Assembly: GCA_028023455.1 (NCBI GenBank)
Contig: JAQFVV010000006.1
Span: 18,972,001-19,036,000, forward strand
Direction: 5' to 3'
Source of the DNA: Epiperipatus broadwayi
Lineage: Eukaryota; Animalia; Onychophora
Length of the DNA: 64,000 nt
In this document: positions 50,991 through 63,779 of the stretch, piece by piece
How positions within the stretch are numbered: position 1 is the first letter of the stretch
Layout: every line of letters begins with the position of its first letter
Notes under the pieces: model-generated
What the model saw: the letters and a program-made list of their open reading frames with translations, nothing else
Told to the model about the DNA's origin: nothing
The model's database searches: none
Translations under genes and position numbers: made by a program

Positions 50991-53900
50991 ATACATATAT
51001 AGTTGCTATACACAGGTTATAATAATAAATCAATATATAAGTCAATATCCTCACGATTAAAGTCTCCTGTTTAATTTCACTATTAGTGATTAATTAAATT
51101 GCTATTTACCTAATTCTCACAAATTTCTTTAGTTCTGTGAGCCCTCGAGGTGCATATAAATTATAATAAGATTAGAGAGATCTGTTTAATCCCTAGTCGG
51201 CTTGATTACTTTCAGGAGTCGAGATCCTGGGTCTGAAAACAAATCCCAACTATTCTTATGCTGCTTTACAAATATACGCAATCTAGTTGTGCAAGTACAT
51301 GAGGAATGGAGAAAAAAGATATTGCATTCCCCCTGCTTAAATAGTTTTCTTTGTCTTTTGTTTTCTGGAACAATTTAATTGTTCATCTGTATCCAGGTGG
51401 AAGGTTTTTTATTTTATCTATTATGTTTTATTGAACATTAGTTCTTTCTAGAATTTGATTGTTAATCAGTTATTGACAATTGAATTCCTACTAAATCAGA
51501 TTTTACTTTAGTTTTATTGCCATTATTCAATTAATGTTTTAATTTATATCTGTTTTATTATTTAACTATTTTTAGACAGTAGTTTTAGTAATGTAAATTT
51601 AGACACATTTTACTAATAATTAATAGATATTCCACTCTTTCATTTACATGTAATCCTGTAATTTCTTTAGTTTACATTTACTCTTTGCCTTTACCCGGGT
51701 TCAATCTCTATTTTTGTTTCAGCTTTACTATGATCTTGCAGTTGTAGATTCTCTTGTTTTTTGGCATTTGGATTTGTCTTTTCACATTCTCGTTCCCTGG
51801 TCTGTTTTTCCAATTCTTCAATGTATGGTATTGTTATCATCTCCTCTATTGTGACAAACATGGTTTGTATGTTCCTTGTATTACCATTTCCATTTTCGAT
51901 GGTTACTATTTGTCTGGATTGCCTTTCTGTAATTGAACCTTCGAACCATTTCTTTTGCAGCATATTGCGTATCCATACTTTTTCACCGATTTGGAATGTT
52001 TTCCTTTCGATCGTATGATGGAAATACTCATCCTTCAGTATTAACATGTCTAGTTTAATGCGTAATTTTTCTGTGATCAGCAACTGCGCTGGCGATTTGT
52101 CTGTAGTTGTTGATGGCATTGAGTGTTGATACAGCATTGCTTCATATAAAACTTCTTGAATGTGGCTACTCAGAGATTTTCTTATTGTTTTTTTTTTAAT
52201 TGTTTGTATGGCCTTCTCCGCGAAGCCGTTGGATTCTGGGTGGTAGGGGGGCTGCACATATGTGTCGGATTCAGTTGTTTATCAAATATTCTTTCCATCT
52301 CTTGCACTGTAAATCCAGTGCCATTGTCAGTAACCATTACTTCTAGTAATCTGTGCCATGAGAAAATCGCTTTTAGTATTTTTATTGTTTCATAAGCACT
52401 CGTATTTTTGACGTGATATTCAGCTCATTTTGAATATGCATCATCAAGTACTATAATATTTTGTCATTTAATAGAACCCGCATAGTCCATGTGGAGTCTC
52501 TGCCACGGTTTATTTGTTTTAAACCAGGGTATATATTTCTTTGGTTTCAGGTAGCTCTGTATTGATAAGATGAACATTTTTAAATATAATTTTCTGTCAA
52601 TTGTTATTCTTGGCCACCAGATGTAGCCATGCACTAAACCTTTTGCACACACTATTCCAGGGTGGTCTTCATGTAACGAGTTTAATAGTTTATTTCTTCC
52701 TTCTGATAGTTTAACTACTGTGTCTCCAATTAATATATAACCTTTACTAATGGATAGATATTTCTATTAATCCAAAAAGCTGGCAGCATGCACTATGGCT
52801 TTTTTGTTGGCCAGCCATTCCTAATTCAGCTCTTTAGCAGATGGTATCTTTTAACTTCTCTCAACCATTTTCCCACTATTTTGCTGTTGAGAATCTTACA
52901 CTGCATTGAATCTATATAGTTAATCTCTACCTCATTCATCAGGGATTCCTGTTTATCAGTTTCTGGATAATGCATCTGCATGCGGTATCTCTTCCCTTCT
53001 TGTATACCAACTGGTAGTCATATAATGACAGTATATTTCTCCATCTTAGCATTCTAGAGCTCAAATATTCGGGAGTTAGTCTACTGCTTGCCAATATGCC
53101 TAGTAATGGCTTATGATTCATTATGATTTGAAATGATGTCATATTGTCGAAGCTCCTTATCTATCTGACTAGTTTTTCTCTGCTTTGGAGAGGATTCTGG
53201 ACATATAGGCAATAGGACGTTCACCATTATTGCATGGATATAAAATCACCCCCATTCTGAGGTATCTGTGGTTAAACTTACTTCTTGATTATTGTCTAAA
53301 TGGACCAATAATTTTTCTGATAACAGCAGGCCTTTAGTGTGTCTAAAAGCATCATCATGGATTTTTAACCACTGCTCCTTTTGATTCTTTTTAAGTAACT
53401 CGAAAATGGGGGTTTTGCTACGTCGGATTTCTGTAGAAACAGTTCGAAACAATTAATCAGGCTTTAAAGTGCCTGCAATTCTTTGACATTCCTTGGTTTT
53501 TCTGCCTTTTCTACAGCTTTTACTTTTTTAGGCGAAAGGTTCTCCCTTTACCAGAGATTACATGTACTAGAAAAACTAATTTTTTTGTGTTCCATACACT
53601 TTTATCAGCGTTTACTTTTACTCCACAATTATTTAATTTTGCGCATACCTCAATCAATTTTTGATGTAAGCTCTCTTCAGAGTCTGTTGTTTTTAATATA
53701 TCGTCAAAATAGGGTATGACGCCCTCAAATCCCTGCAATAGTGTATCAATTTTCACCTGAAATATATTTGGGGCTGTTGATATGCCAAATGGCAATCTAT
53801 TGCACTTAAATAACCCAAAAGGTATTGTGATCATTAATATTTTGGCTGTTTTCTAACACTGGGATCTGGTGAAAAGCTGAATTTAAATCAAGCTTCACAA

Positions 53901-56900
53901 AATATGATGCTTTTTGTAAACTCGCAAGTACCTCTTTTACATTAGATACTGGGTATGCTCCCTTACTTAAAAACTTGTTCACAATTACTCTATAGTTACT
54001 GTATATGTGTGTTTCCATTGGGTTTTGTGACTATGACTATAGGTGTAGTTCAGTCAGCCATTTCTACCGGTGTCAATATGCCTTTATTGACCAATGACCG
54101 AATTTTTTCTTCTACTTTTGTTCTTTGAGCAAATGGTTATCTTTTGCGGTTGAAAAAGTGGAGGGCGTGCCTTATCAACTAGCTCTACCTCCCCCAGACT
54201 TGGATCTATTATCACTAACTCATCGGTAAATAGGTCTGGATATATATTAACTTTTCTTTCGAGAGATTTTTTTATTACACTAACTTGAATTCCAATTCCT
54301 TGCCTATTATAGGACTGAATCTTCCTTGTACTACGTATAATGGCAATCTATTTATTTTATCACAGTATCCAACCGATGTCTATATTTTCCCCAGTAAGTT
54401 TAATGCATTGCCGCTTACATCCCGGGCTTTTATGTTACTTTTTTCAAGTTTTAATCAAGAGTCCACTGCTGATAGTGCTCTCCAGTCTATGTCTGATATT
54501 ATGGATATACCTGAGCCACTATCTATTTCCATATTCATTATAACTCAGCAAATTTCCCAATTTGATCATAAATTTCTGCTACCCATCCATATTCATATTT
54601 CTAACAGTAAAATTATTATTGGGTTTCCCTCCTCTATTCTTTTGACCCCACTCTTTCTCCTGATTTGAGTCATTATTGGGTTTCCTACAGATGCATGCGA
54701 TGTGTCTCTTTTACCCACAATAGCGCTCTTTTGCTTTATGGTTATTTTTTCTGCAGCAGTAACACACCATTTTAGTTCCCTTTTCAAATTCTGGTTTGCG
54801 TGGGTTATTACATTTTCTCTAGGTTTTATAAAATCTGCATATTTTATACTATCCTCAGTTTTATTTTAAAAGCTTGAGCTTGCTCACTTATTAGCTCGTA
54901 AACTATTCCTTTTTGGATCGCGGTCTGGTACTTAAAGTCAGTATCAATTAACAATTGTTCTCGCAATCTATCACTGTACATACCCCAGAATAATTGTTCA
55001 AGGAATATTTCTTCAATATAATCACTGTACCCGCAACCCTTAGCTAGCTCCCTAAAGGCCAAATTATATTTTATTGATTCCCCTTTAAAATATTTTCTAT
55101 TCCTCAGTTTTAAATGAGCTATGTAACAGGATGGGCAGGGACTAAAATTCTGTTAATTTCTTAACTACTCGTATTCTAGACTATCGGTGGTGGGGGAATC
55201 ATAAAACTTATTTACAATTTCTATAACTTTTTTCCCCAAGAAACATAAAAGTGCTTCCACTTTTATTTTCTTGAATATCGTTCAAGGTAAAAAAGTTTTC
55301 TATCTGTGTCATATATAGTGGCCATTTTGCAGCGTTCTCCACATCAAATTCGCTTATGGCTGTTTGTCCAAATGACGACCTTTAGATTGATTACTATTAC
55401 TATCCTTCCCTAAGCTAATTATTCCTCTAGTTATGTTCAAAATAACCTATGACAGGTTTTTATTACACAGGCAGCAATGGGGTTTGAATCAAACTGTGTG
55501 ACTGTGCCAAGTTTTACTATATCTTGATCTTAACTTTATCTCGATTAAGACTAGCAAGTGATTTCTAAAATTATTCAGTTCCTCAAATAACTAAATAACC
55601 CCACAGTGGATCAATTTTATAACTAATTTTAATATAAGACAATAATATTCTAGTAATATATACATATATAGTTGCTAACATAGGTTATAATAATAAATCA
55701 ATATATATAGTCAATATCCTCACATTTAAAGTCTCTTCTTAATCACACTATTAATAAATAATTGAATCACTATCTAATTCTGGCAAATGTTCTTTAGTTC
55801 TGCAAGTCCTTGAGGTGCATATAAATTATAATAAGATCAGAGCAATCTGTTTAATACCTAGAAGGCTTGATTACTTTCAGGTGCCAAGATCCTGGGTCTG
55901 GAAACACATCACTATTTTGCCACTGCTTCACATATATACACAACCTAGTTGTGCGAGTATATGAGGAATGGAGAAAAAAGATATTGCATTCTTTTTTCCC
56001 TGCTTAAATAGTTTTCTTTTTGTTTTCTGGAGTAATCCAACTGTTCATCTGTATCCGGGTGGAAGGTTTTTTATCTTATCTATTAGGTTTATTAAACATT
56101 AGTTCTTTCTAGAATTCGATTGTTAATCGGTTATTCACAATTGAATTCTTACAAAATCAGATTTTACTTTTTTATTCTCATTATTCAATTAATGTTTTAA
56201 TTTATAACTGTTTTATTATTTAACTATTTTTAGACAGTAGTTTTAGTAATGTAAACGCAAATGCACATTTTACTAATAATTAATGGAATATCAACTCCTT
56301 ATTGGATAGCATTATTACAGCAATATCATTAAAAGATCAAATTTTTCTTCTGAGGTATGCTGGCACAAATAGTAGACTTTGGCTATGCACTGTTGGAAAT
56401 AATGGTTATTGGAGCTGTAAATTCAAATAGTTTATTATTATTGAATTTATGTACACACTTTATTTGGTAAAAAAATTGTTACAAAGGAATATGGATAGAT
56501 CCATGCTCAAAAAAATGGCATTTAATAGATTATAGTTAAGGGCCACATTACATGAGTTCACATTATGTGAGCACTTACAAGCTGATTGTTAAACAGATTA
56601 TAGATTATTATTCTCCAAGATTAAAATGATAATTGTATTAAAAAAGATATTATTCCGATCATATTGACAAGCTAATTGACATTTGTTCTTTAGAATAATC
56701 TCTATGTACTAAATTTCAACTGCTAGTAAACACTAAAACTGCCAATTTGGATCTACAGGACTGTCATATTATTAAAGCATGGAAGGAATGGGTTATGACT
56801 GCAAGCAAATTTATTCTTGGGTTCAATAAAAAAAAAATCAAGACCGATTTTCTGACAATAATCCTATTATTAATGATTTAATTAAAAGGAAACGTGGCAT

Positions 56901-58260
56901 TTTCTGCTAAGCAGAATAATAGATTAAATATGAAACTTCCATAATGAATATAAAAGGAAGATGTTCAATAACTGACAAGAAGGCTTAAAAATGATTGGTG
57001 GATTAAAAATGCAAAGAAGATAATCTCTTTTTTATGAATTTGAGAAAAGGTATCATAGTCTTATTACATCCAAAAAATTCTCTTGGTGACAATTTTAACA
57101 GATATAAAGAATATTTTGATCAACTTTTGAATAATGATACAAGAATTGAGATGATAACTTTTAATAATATATCCATTTTATTTATTCATTTAAATTTGGA
57201 CAAAGATATCCAACTTAATGAAGTCAAAACAGCTCTTTGTAATCTCAAAAATGAAAAAGCTAAATGTCTGATGAAGTATTTGGAGAATAATGGTGAAATG
57301 TTAGCTTCAAAAAATATCTGAACTAATGAAATCATGTTTTTATTGTTCCAATTTTTAAAACGAATGCAGTAATTATCATGGAATATCACTATCTATTCCA
57401 GCAAAAGGTTATTTACAGTTATAGATGAATGGTTACCACAAATTCAATATAGTTGTAGAGAGTCAAGAAACACTGTGGATATAATTTTTGTTGCCAGGCA
57501 AATGCAAGAAGTGTCAGGAACAAAGGAGTAATTTATATATTGCTTTCATTGATTTAGAAATTCAATTAGTTGGTTGTCTATCAAAATATATTCATATTTT
57601 ACAACTTGTACATGATGGAGTGAGAGGAAGTATTACTGCAGGGGGAGAAGCTGAGGCATTTGAAATGAAAACTGGTGTTAACAAGGTGTGTACTTATTCC
57701 AAAATTATTTTCAATTTTTATGATAATGAATTTTGGGAATTGCTTATAAGAAGCTTAATCAAACAGAAGTAAGATACAGGTTTAATGGTGGAATTTTTAA
57801 TTTGCATCAATTAAAAGCAAAAATAAGACCATCATTTATATCCTGGATTTACAGTGTACTGGTGATCATGCTATTTTTGCAGTCCAAGATGATTTACAGA
57901 ACATTCTTAATGTTTTGAATGCCATTTATAATGATCTTGGTTTATTATGTTGTGTTCAGGTGAGGCCAACCATATGCAATCGTGTTATTAGTTTTGCTGG
58001 TTGGGATCATAAGCTGGAGCAGCATTCAATTATATTTAAATAACATAAGAAAGATGATATAGACTGATAGTAGTTTAACTTGTAATTACATATATACACT
58101 TATCAGTAGTGCCATAAAAGTGGTAAAAAGATAACCTAGTCCTCTTTCAGCACTTTCAGATGCAGAATCTTCTGACTTCCTTTAACCAATGGTGTGGGGC
58201 TTTATATATTAGTTTATTTGCTATTGGTCTTCTAGAATGCCCAGCAATCATAGTATAAAT

Positions 58261-58715
58261 CAGGGGTGGCTAACTTTTGTGGTCATAAGATCTACTTTTT
58301 ATTTTAAAAATGTGTTGTGATCGCCTTGTTGTCATAGGCGTAATCTAAGTGGAGGGAGGTGTGAAATACATACTATTTTTATATATATCTACCTAGTAAA
58401 AAATAATAATTTAACGGCCCAAAAAACTCATGTCCGGGGGAATTAAAACAACATGAGTAATTATTAACAATATTTATTAATTCAAATTAGCTACATTAAG
58501 TCAAGATTAAAAATATTACTTTCAATGATACGACAAAGTGGATTTCACCTATTTAGAAAAAAAATTTAGAACAAAAATAACAAAATAACTTGAAAATCTT
58601 GACTTAATTTGTTTCACTCATTACCCGACAGCTCTTGGCAGATTGGCCTCGTGATCGACCAAAATTGGCTTTGCGATCGACCAGTGGATCACAATCAACT
58701 TGTTGGATACCCCTG
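58261..58715. mobile_element. hAT-type MITE
   Basis: Termini CAGGGGTGGCTAAC / GTTGGATACCCCTG; 8-bp TSD GTATAAAT / GTATATAT. Confidence 0.85.
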
Positions 58716-59635
58716 GTATATATGGTCTAATATTAACAAACATGACCATATATAAACCAGTTTAAATGCACATTATTATGATTGAAATGACAACATATGG
58801 CAGGTTTCTACTTTAATGATTACCTAATATCAAAATTATTCAAGTGTGCCTTTAAAATATTTGCTATAATCTTGAATAGTCTTTTATTTTATTATACAAT
58901 TGTAAACCTAACTTTAAATATTTATTAATACAACATTTAATACTATCAATAAAGATTATACCGATACACATATAACCTTATCATTTATTATTACAAACAT
59001 TCGCCATAATTAATATTACATAAATACAAACATATTTTATTATTTATTAACATAATTAATTCAATTACAAATATGTGCACTCAAACATGTACATACTCTA
59101 TATATATGAATGGCTTTACATCAACTTCTTTATCAGCCATTGATGGAAGAAAAACAGCAACTTCTAACTTGGATAACTATCAAAAACGTAAATCCATTTA
59201 AATATCTTGGTAGTTTTATAAATAGAAAGGTGCCCTATATGCTGTTGCTACTTTTAATAAGTTAAAAGATAAGAATATTTCATCACAAGAAAATAACTAC
59301 TGCAACTAAGTTAATTATATACAGAGCAGTTATTTTACAAAATTTATAGCATTAAGGTGAAATTTGGGAATCCCTATAATACAAAAAAAAAAAAAAGGCA
59401 TTACAAAAGTTTAAGATGTTCTCCAAAATTCTAAAACTACAATGGCATAATAGTAAAACCAATCAATGTTCTTCAGTTTTGTTGGATAAGATACTACAAA
59501 GTCCATAATTGTAAAATCATACTTACATTGGATTGACATATAAAACATATGAACAATGATAAACTTCCTAAAAAGATATTTTATAGTGAACTCGGGCATG
59601 GGTTTCATAGAAAGGGTAAACACTCTGTTATAACA

Positions 59636-60030
59636 TAAAACTCTCCATACAGTAGCACCATTCAGTGCAAGCCAGAGTAATCAATGAATGCAGGAAGGTT
59701 TGTGCATCCCACTTATCCACTATCTCTAGACTAGTTTCTAGCTGTGGCTTTCATCACCGAGGAGCTTTGGATCTGAGGTGTCCCTATCTAGTGCCTACTC
59801 ATTCTATATTTCTAGACTAGTTTCTAGATTGTGGCTTTTATCACTGAGGAGCTTTTGATCTGAGGTGTGCACAAGCTAGAAACTAGTCTGGAGATATTGG
59901 ATGAGTAGGCACTAGAGAGGGATTTTATGCATTGATTACTCTGTCTTGCACTGAGTGGCGCTACTATATACTTTTGCCTGTGAAAAACAGCTTGCATAAA
60001 TATAAAAAAATGGTGATCCTGTGATGTATA
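59636..60030. mobile_element. Retrozyme-like element copy D (two tandem dead hammerheads plus inverted arm)
   Basis: Homology to copy A. Cores read GTGATGA (~59723-59763) and GTGATAA (~59809-59850) on the minus strand; the inverted arm starts at ~59870. Confidence 0.85.
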
Positions 60031-60456
60031 AGAATTATTTCAGATATTCTAAAAAAGTGAAATCATTAAGATATGGCAGAAAATAGAATACATGGAGGGT
60101 TACAATCAAATATGGTGTTGAAGTGTTTCAGAAAATTTTCTGCTGAGGAAATTAAAGACATCCTAAAATATCAATTAAACAGAAAAGACATCCTAAAATA
60201 TCAAATAAACAGAAAAATGGGCCATGTTCTATATATGTTCTCAGATTGGTTTGCTTAGTCATTGCAAAACTTATTTCTAGAGTAGATCCCCCCCCCCCCA
60301 CTTTTGTTTTTGAGTTGGAATAGCCATATTAATTTATCAGTGACTGCTAATTATTATTATAATAAATATTATAACAGAGCAAAAAAATAACAATACTGTA
60401 CTTGCTTTTCAATAATAAAAAATAGTATTGATTTTAAAAATTGAATGAATGGAATA

Positions 60457-60642
60457 TATGGGTAAATTAGAAATTCCAATTATTTTTGGGGAAAAAATAT
60501 GAGAAAAGAAAAAAATAAGGGTGTGTGAGTAAATTATTTTAATTACAAGTATGGGTAAATTAGAAATTCCAATTATTTTTGGGGAAAAAATATGAGAAAA
60601 GAAAAAAATAAGGGTGTGTGAGTAAATTATTTTAATTACAAG
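60457..60642. repeat. Exact 93-bp tandem duplication
   Basis: tatgggtaaattagaaattcc... begins at 60457 and 60550. Confidence 0.95.
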
Positions 60643-60678
60643 AAATTTGTATGTTTTAACACAGAAATAATATAAACA

Positions 60679-61392
60679 ACTAAACATCATATGAGCACCA
60701 TTTCTTATGCTTGCTCATAACTATTATTAAAACAGGCAAAACTCTCCATACAATAGCGCCATTCAGTGCAAGCCAGAGTAATCAATGGATGCCAGAAGGC
60801 TTGTGCATAAAATCCCTATCTAATGCCTACTCATCCAATATCTCCAGACTAGTTTCTAGCTTGTGGCTTTCATCAGTGAGGAGCCTTGGATTTGAGAGCA
60901 CTGCACCTAGATCTTAGGATCTAATGCAAACCTCCAACAGCCACCTTTTATCTCTACTTAACTACTAAACTATGAAAATAAAATTTAAAACACAAAAATA
61001 TTTTCAATCCAAGCTCATTATCTTATATATAGGTCTGAACTCAGTTCATTACCCATACATTATGGTGTCTTTGGTTCTTTAATAACCATAGCCACCACTA
61101 TCCTATTAGGCAGGATTGGTATTAAACCACTAAACATCACATGATCATCAAAATGTATGGATACTGAACTGAATTCAGACCTATATGACTATATAAGCTA
61201 ATACGCTTGGATTGAAAATATTTTTGTGTTTTTAAGGCTCCTCACTGACGAAAGCCACAAGCTAGAAACTAGTCTGGGGATATTGGACGAGTAGGCACTA
61301 GATAGGGATTTGATACACAAGCATTCTGGCATCCATTCATTACTCTGGCTTGCACTGAGTGGCACTACTGTATGGAGAGTTTTGCCTGTTTT
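60679..61392. mobile_element. Retrozyme-like element copy E (~1-mer arm plus internally deleted inverted arm)
   Basis: actaaacatc at 60679 and 61129 (450-nt period). TSD AGAAATAATATA(A/T)ACA at 60663-78 and 61393-408. Hammerheads at 60841-60882 (-) and 61239-61280 (+). Confidence 0.9.
61239..61280 (+). ncRNA. Type I hammerhead ribozyme, stem II variant subfamily
   Basis: TCCTCA CTGACGA AAGC CACAA GCTA GAAA CTAG TC TGGGGA. Confidence 0.85.
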
Positions 61393-61520
61393 AGAAATAA
61401 TATATACACACAAACAAAATACCAAGAATTACTGAAACTTAATTTTTCAATCGCACTTTTTTTCAAAAAAAATCAACGTCGATTTATATAAATAATAAAT
61501 ACAATTTCAACGTAACTCAC

Positions 61521-61640
61521 TAGTAACTTGGAGCTTCGAAAAAACTAATCGAACGTTAAAATAGTGAAGTCTCAAATATCTAGGAATCTGAATGGACAAA
61601 TTATTTGCTAATATGATTCCCCATTATTACGATCGAAGAA
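61521..61640 (-). other. ZMAT5: Probable non-coding first exon of ZMAT5 (5' end unknown)
   Basis: Minus-strand donor ...AGTTACTA|GTGAGT (61520-61515) in a locally CpG-containing stretch just upstream of UQCR10; such an exon is needed to feed the acceptor at 41207. Confidence 0.55.
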
Positions 61641-61761
61641 AGCATCTTTTTATTATTATAATTATATATATTTTATTAAATATAAACTTTAAATATGAAT
61701 TATTTAGAATAAATAAATTCATTAATTGTTAGTGCGGTATTACAATCTTCCTAAAATAAAA
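61600..61761. promoter_or_regulatory. Putative bidirectional promoter between ZMAT5 and UQCR10
   Basis: Inferred from the divergent arrangement: only ~240 bp separate the ZMAT5 donor and the UQCR10 ATG. No specific elements assigned. Confidence 0.5.
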
Positions 61762-61902
61762 ATGTCTCTCGTAACAACTATATATCACAAGATATTTAAA
61801 CGTAGTTCTGTTCTAGTTGTTACAATTTTGGGAACAGCATTTTTTTTTGAACGTAGTGTAGATATGACTGCAGATTATGTTTTTGACCGAATAAACCAAG
61901 GG
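61762..61902 (+). CDS. UQCR10: Cytochrome b-c1 complex subunit 9, coding exon 1
   Basis: MSLVTTIYHKIFKRSSVLVVTILGTAFFFERSVDMTADYVFDRINQG|gtatgt; recalled human LYSLLFRRTSTFALTIIVGVMFFERAFDQGADAIYDHINEG|KLW. Exon 2 was not found within the window. Confidence 0.95.
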
Positions 61903-63169
61903 GTATGTTGGTTTTGCCTTTTTTTTTTTTTTTTTGTCGAGTAGTTGACCCTGAAAGCATGTTCAATGTTATTTTGTCTTTTTACCTTTTTGGTAATTAT
62001 CTAACTTTTTTTTTTTTAAGTTTTTTCTTTAATCCTTCAACAATCTTCTTAAAGAGTATATGCTTTTCTTTTTTTTTTACTTTTACTAATAGAGGATCGT
62101 CACGTTCATGCTAACTGCTAAATTTTATTTCGAACTCAGTGGAAGCGTGTTAACTTGAATTATTCCTATAGTGGAATTATTTTCAAGTGTGTAGTTTAAC
62201 CTTGAATATAAAAAAAAAAAAAACTGCTTGGCCAATAGTATGTCCTGCTGCCTCGTCATGAGCCTGTCATGTCTTGAGTCACTTCCCTATATTAGCTGTG
62301 ACAATAGTTTTTATTAAGTGTTTGCACTAAACATGCGCAGCATTTCTGATTCCAGTTACCTTATTATTTTTTTTGTTTTTGTTTAAGCCCTCTAGAATTA
62401 AAGCAATGATTTGGGATAGGCTGAAATAAGATGGCAGTACTTAATTGTGATTTTTATTGGAGCAGAATAATCACTAATGACTTAATTTGGAACTGGGTTT
62501 GAAATAAGAGTTTCTGCTGGCAAAGATTATATTTTTAAGCAGCCCAATTCCTCTGCTTACCACAGAAATGGAGACCATGTAATGTGATTTAAAAATAGCG
62601 TAATTACACTGTTTTCCTTGGTCATTGGGCCTGGTAATTTCTCCTTAAAGTAATAGAAATAATAAAAATATCAGTAGTATTTGTAAAGCAAGGAACTAAA
62701 GATAATTTATAGATCTCATGCTTTTTTAAATATAGATACATGTGAAATCTATGAACTTTAGTTGACCTACATTCTTCAAGATACAAATGAAAAATAGTAT
62801 TGGCAACTAAGTAACTGTCAAGGTTTAAAGTTAATTTAGCAACTCATGTTCTATAAGAAGGAAGTTTAATAGAATGGATGGATACAAAAAAGTTTTTTGG
62901 GAAAAGCTTTTCTCTCACTGATAAATAATTTGCTGTGAAGCCTAATTTAGTATATTCTTGGAATTCTTTGCTATATCAGTGAAAGGCTAATGATGCTAAA
63001 ACTTGCCTTGCACATTGGTACTAGTAGTCATTTTATTGCTGCCTATGTTCCAACATTTAGATTCAGAGAAAGGAAGCTATTATTTCTTAACTGGATAACA
63101 TTATTACTGCTTCGTAAAGATTGCAAGTGTTATCAGGTAAAGCAAAAAAAGTAGGCCTGAAGAAAAGTG

Positions 63170-63752
63170 CTAAAAAGATTATGTTCAATGGATTTTCTCA
63201 AAAGAAAAAATAAGGATTGGTAATGGTGAATTAGAAATTAATAACTATAAATACTTTGGTCAGAATATTAATATAGATGGAAACATAATGGATGAAATTA
63301 ATCTTATATGGAGTATTTTTGGTAGATATAGAGTAAATATGGTTATGTGTTTGAAAAGGAAAGTTTGAAATTAATGTTTACCAGTTCCTAGTTATGGATC
63401 TGGAACTTGGGCACTTAACAGAAGAACAATACAGATACTTCAGACCACTCAACAATATTATGAGTAATAAGAAGGAAAACAATGAGAGAAGAAACAATAT
63501 TACTGACATTATTAAAAGAATTAAGAGAGTGAAGTGGACTGAACTGGTCATATTGCTAGAAGAGATGTTAATAAATGGACATTTAAAATCTTAAGACCTA
63601 GAAAGAGAACACTTGTGAGATGGATTGATGAAATAAGAATGTTTATTGGTCTGATGCGGAGAAGAGAGACTAGAAATCAGAGAAACGATCAAATTTGGAA
63701 AAACTTTCATCATTCAATAGAGTGATAATGTTTGAAAATGATGATGATGACA
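63170..63752 (+). mobile_element. Diverged RTE family A 3' fragment with (GAT)n tail
   Basis: Homologous to 8450-9050 and ends atgatgatgatgac. Confidence 0.85.
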
Positions 63753-63779
63753 TGTAATTTCAGCTTGGCAGAAATGATG

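Larger units (their letters stand above)
47474..56293 (-). mobile_element. Decayed full-length Gypsy LTR retrotransposon 2
   Basis: 5-bp TSD ACTCC (47469-73, 56294-98). 5' LTR 55515-56293; 3' LTR split 47474-47622 + 50991-~51634. PBS TGGCACAGTC at 55509-55500. Protease EIDSGS, RT IPYFDDIL, RH LTTDTS and HKPLLGIL, integrase HPGIV..K..., PWQRLHMDYAG, VTDNG, PPYHPESNGFAEK. Confidence 0.93.
46500..59630 (+). mobile_element. RTE-clade LINE family B, fragmented by nested insertions (pieces ~46500-47473, ~56294-57960, ~59130-59630)
   Basis: APE motifs YGVGFAVKS and FISAYAPI. ...EKENFYS|LLDSIITAISLKDQIFLL is continuous across the Gypsy 2 insertion. Later motifs LYIAFIDL (RT), FKYLGS, and HIKHMNNDKLPKKIFYSEL. 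The 5' region resembles 62230-62570. Confidence 0.8.

Noticed and set aside
61726-61944. ORF-track extension of UQCR10 (upstream TTG start, read-through to 61944)
   Set aside because: Homology starts at the ATG at 61762 and ends at the GTATGT donor at 61903; the rest is UTR and intron.
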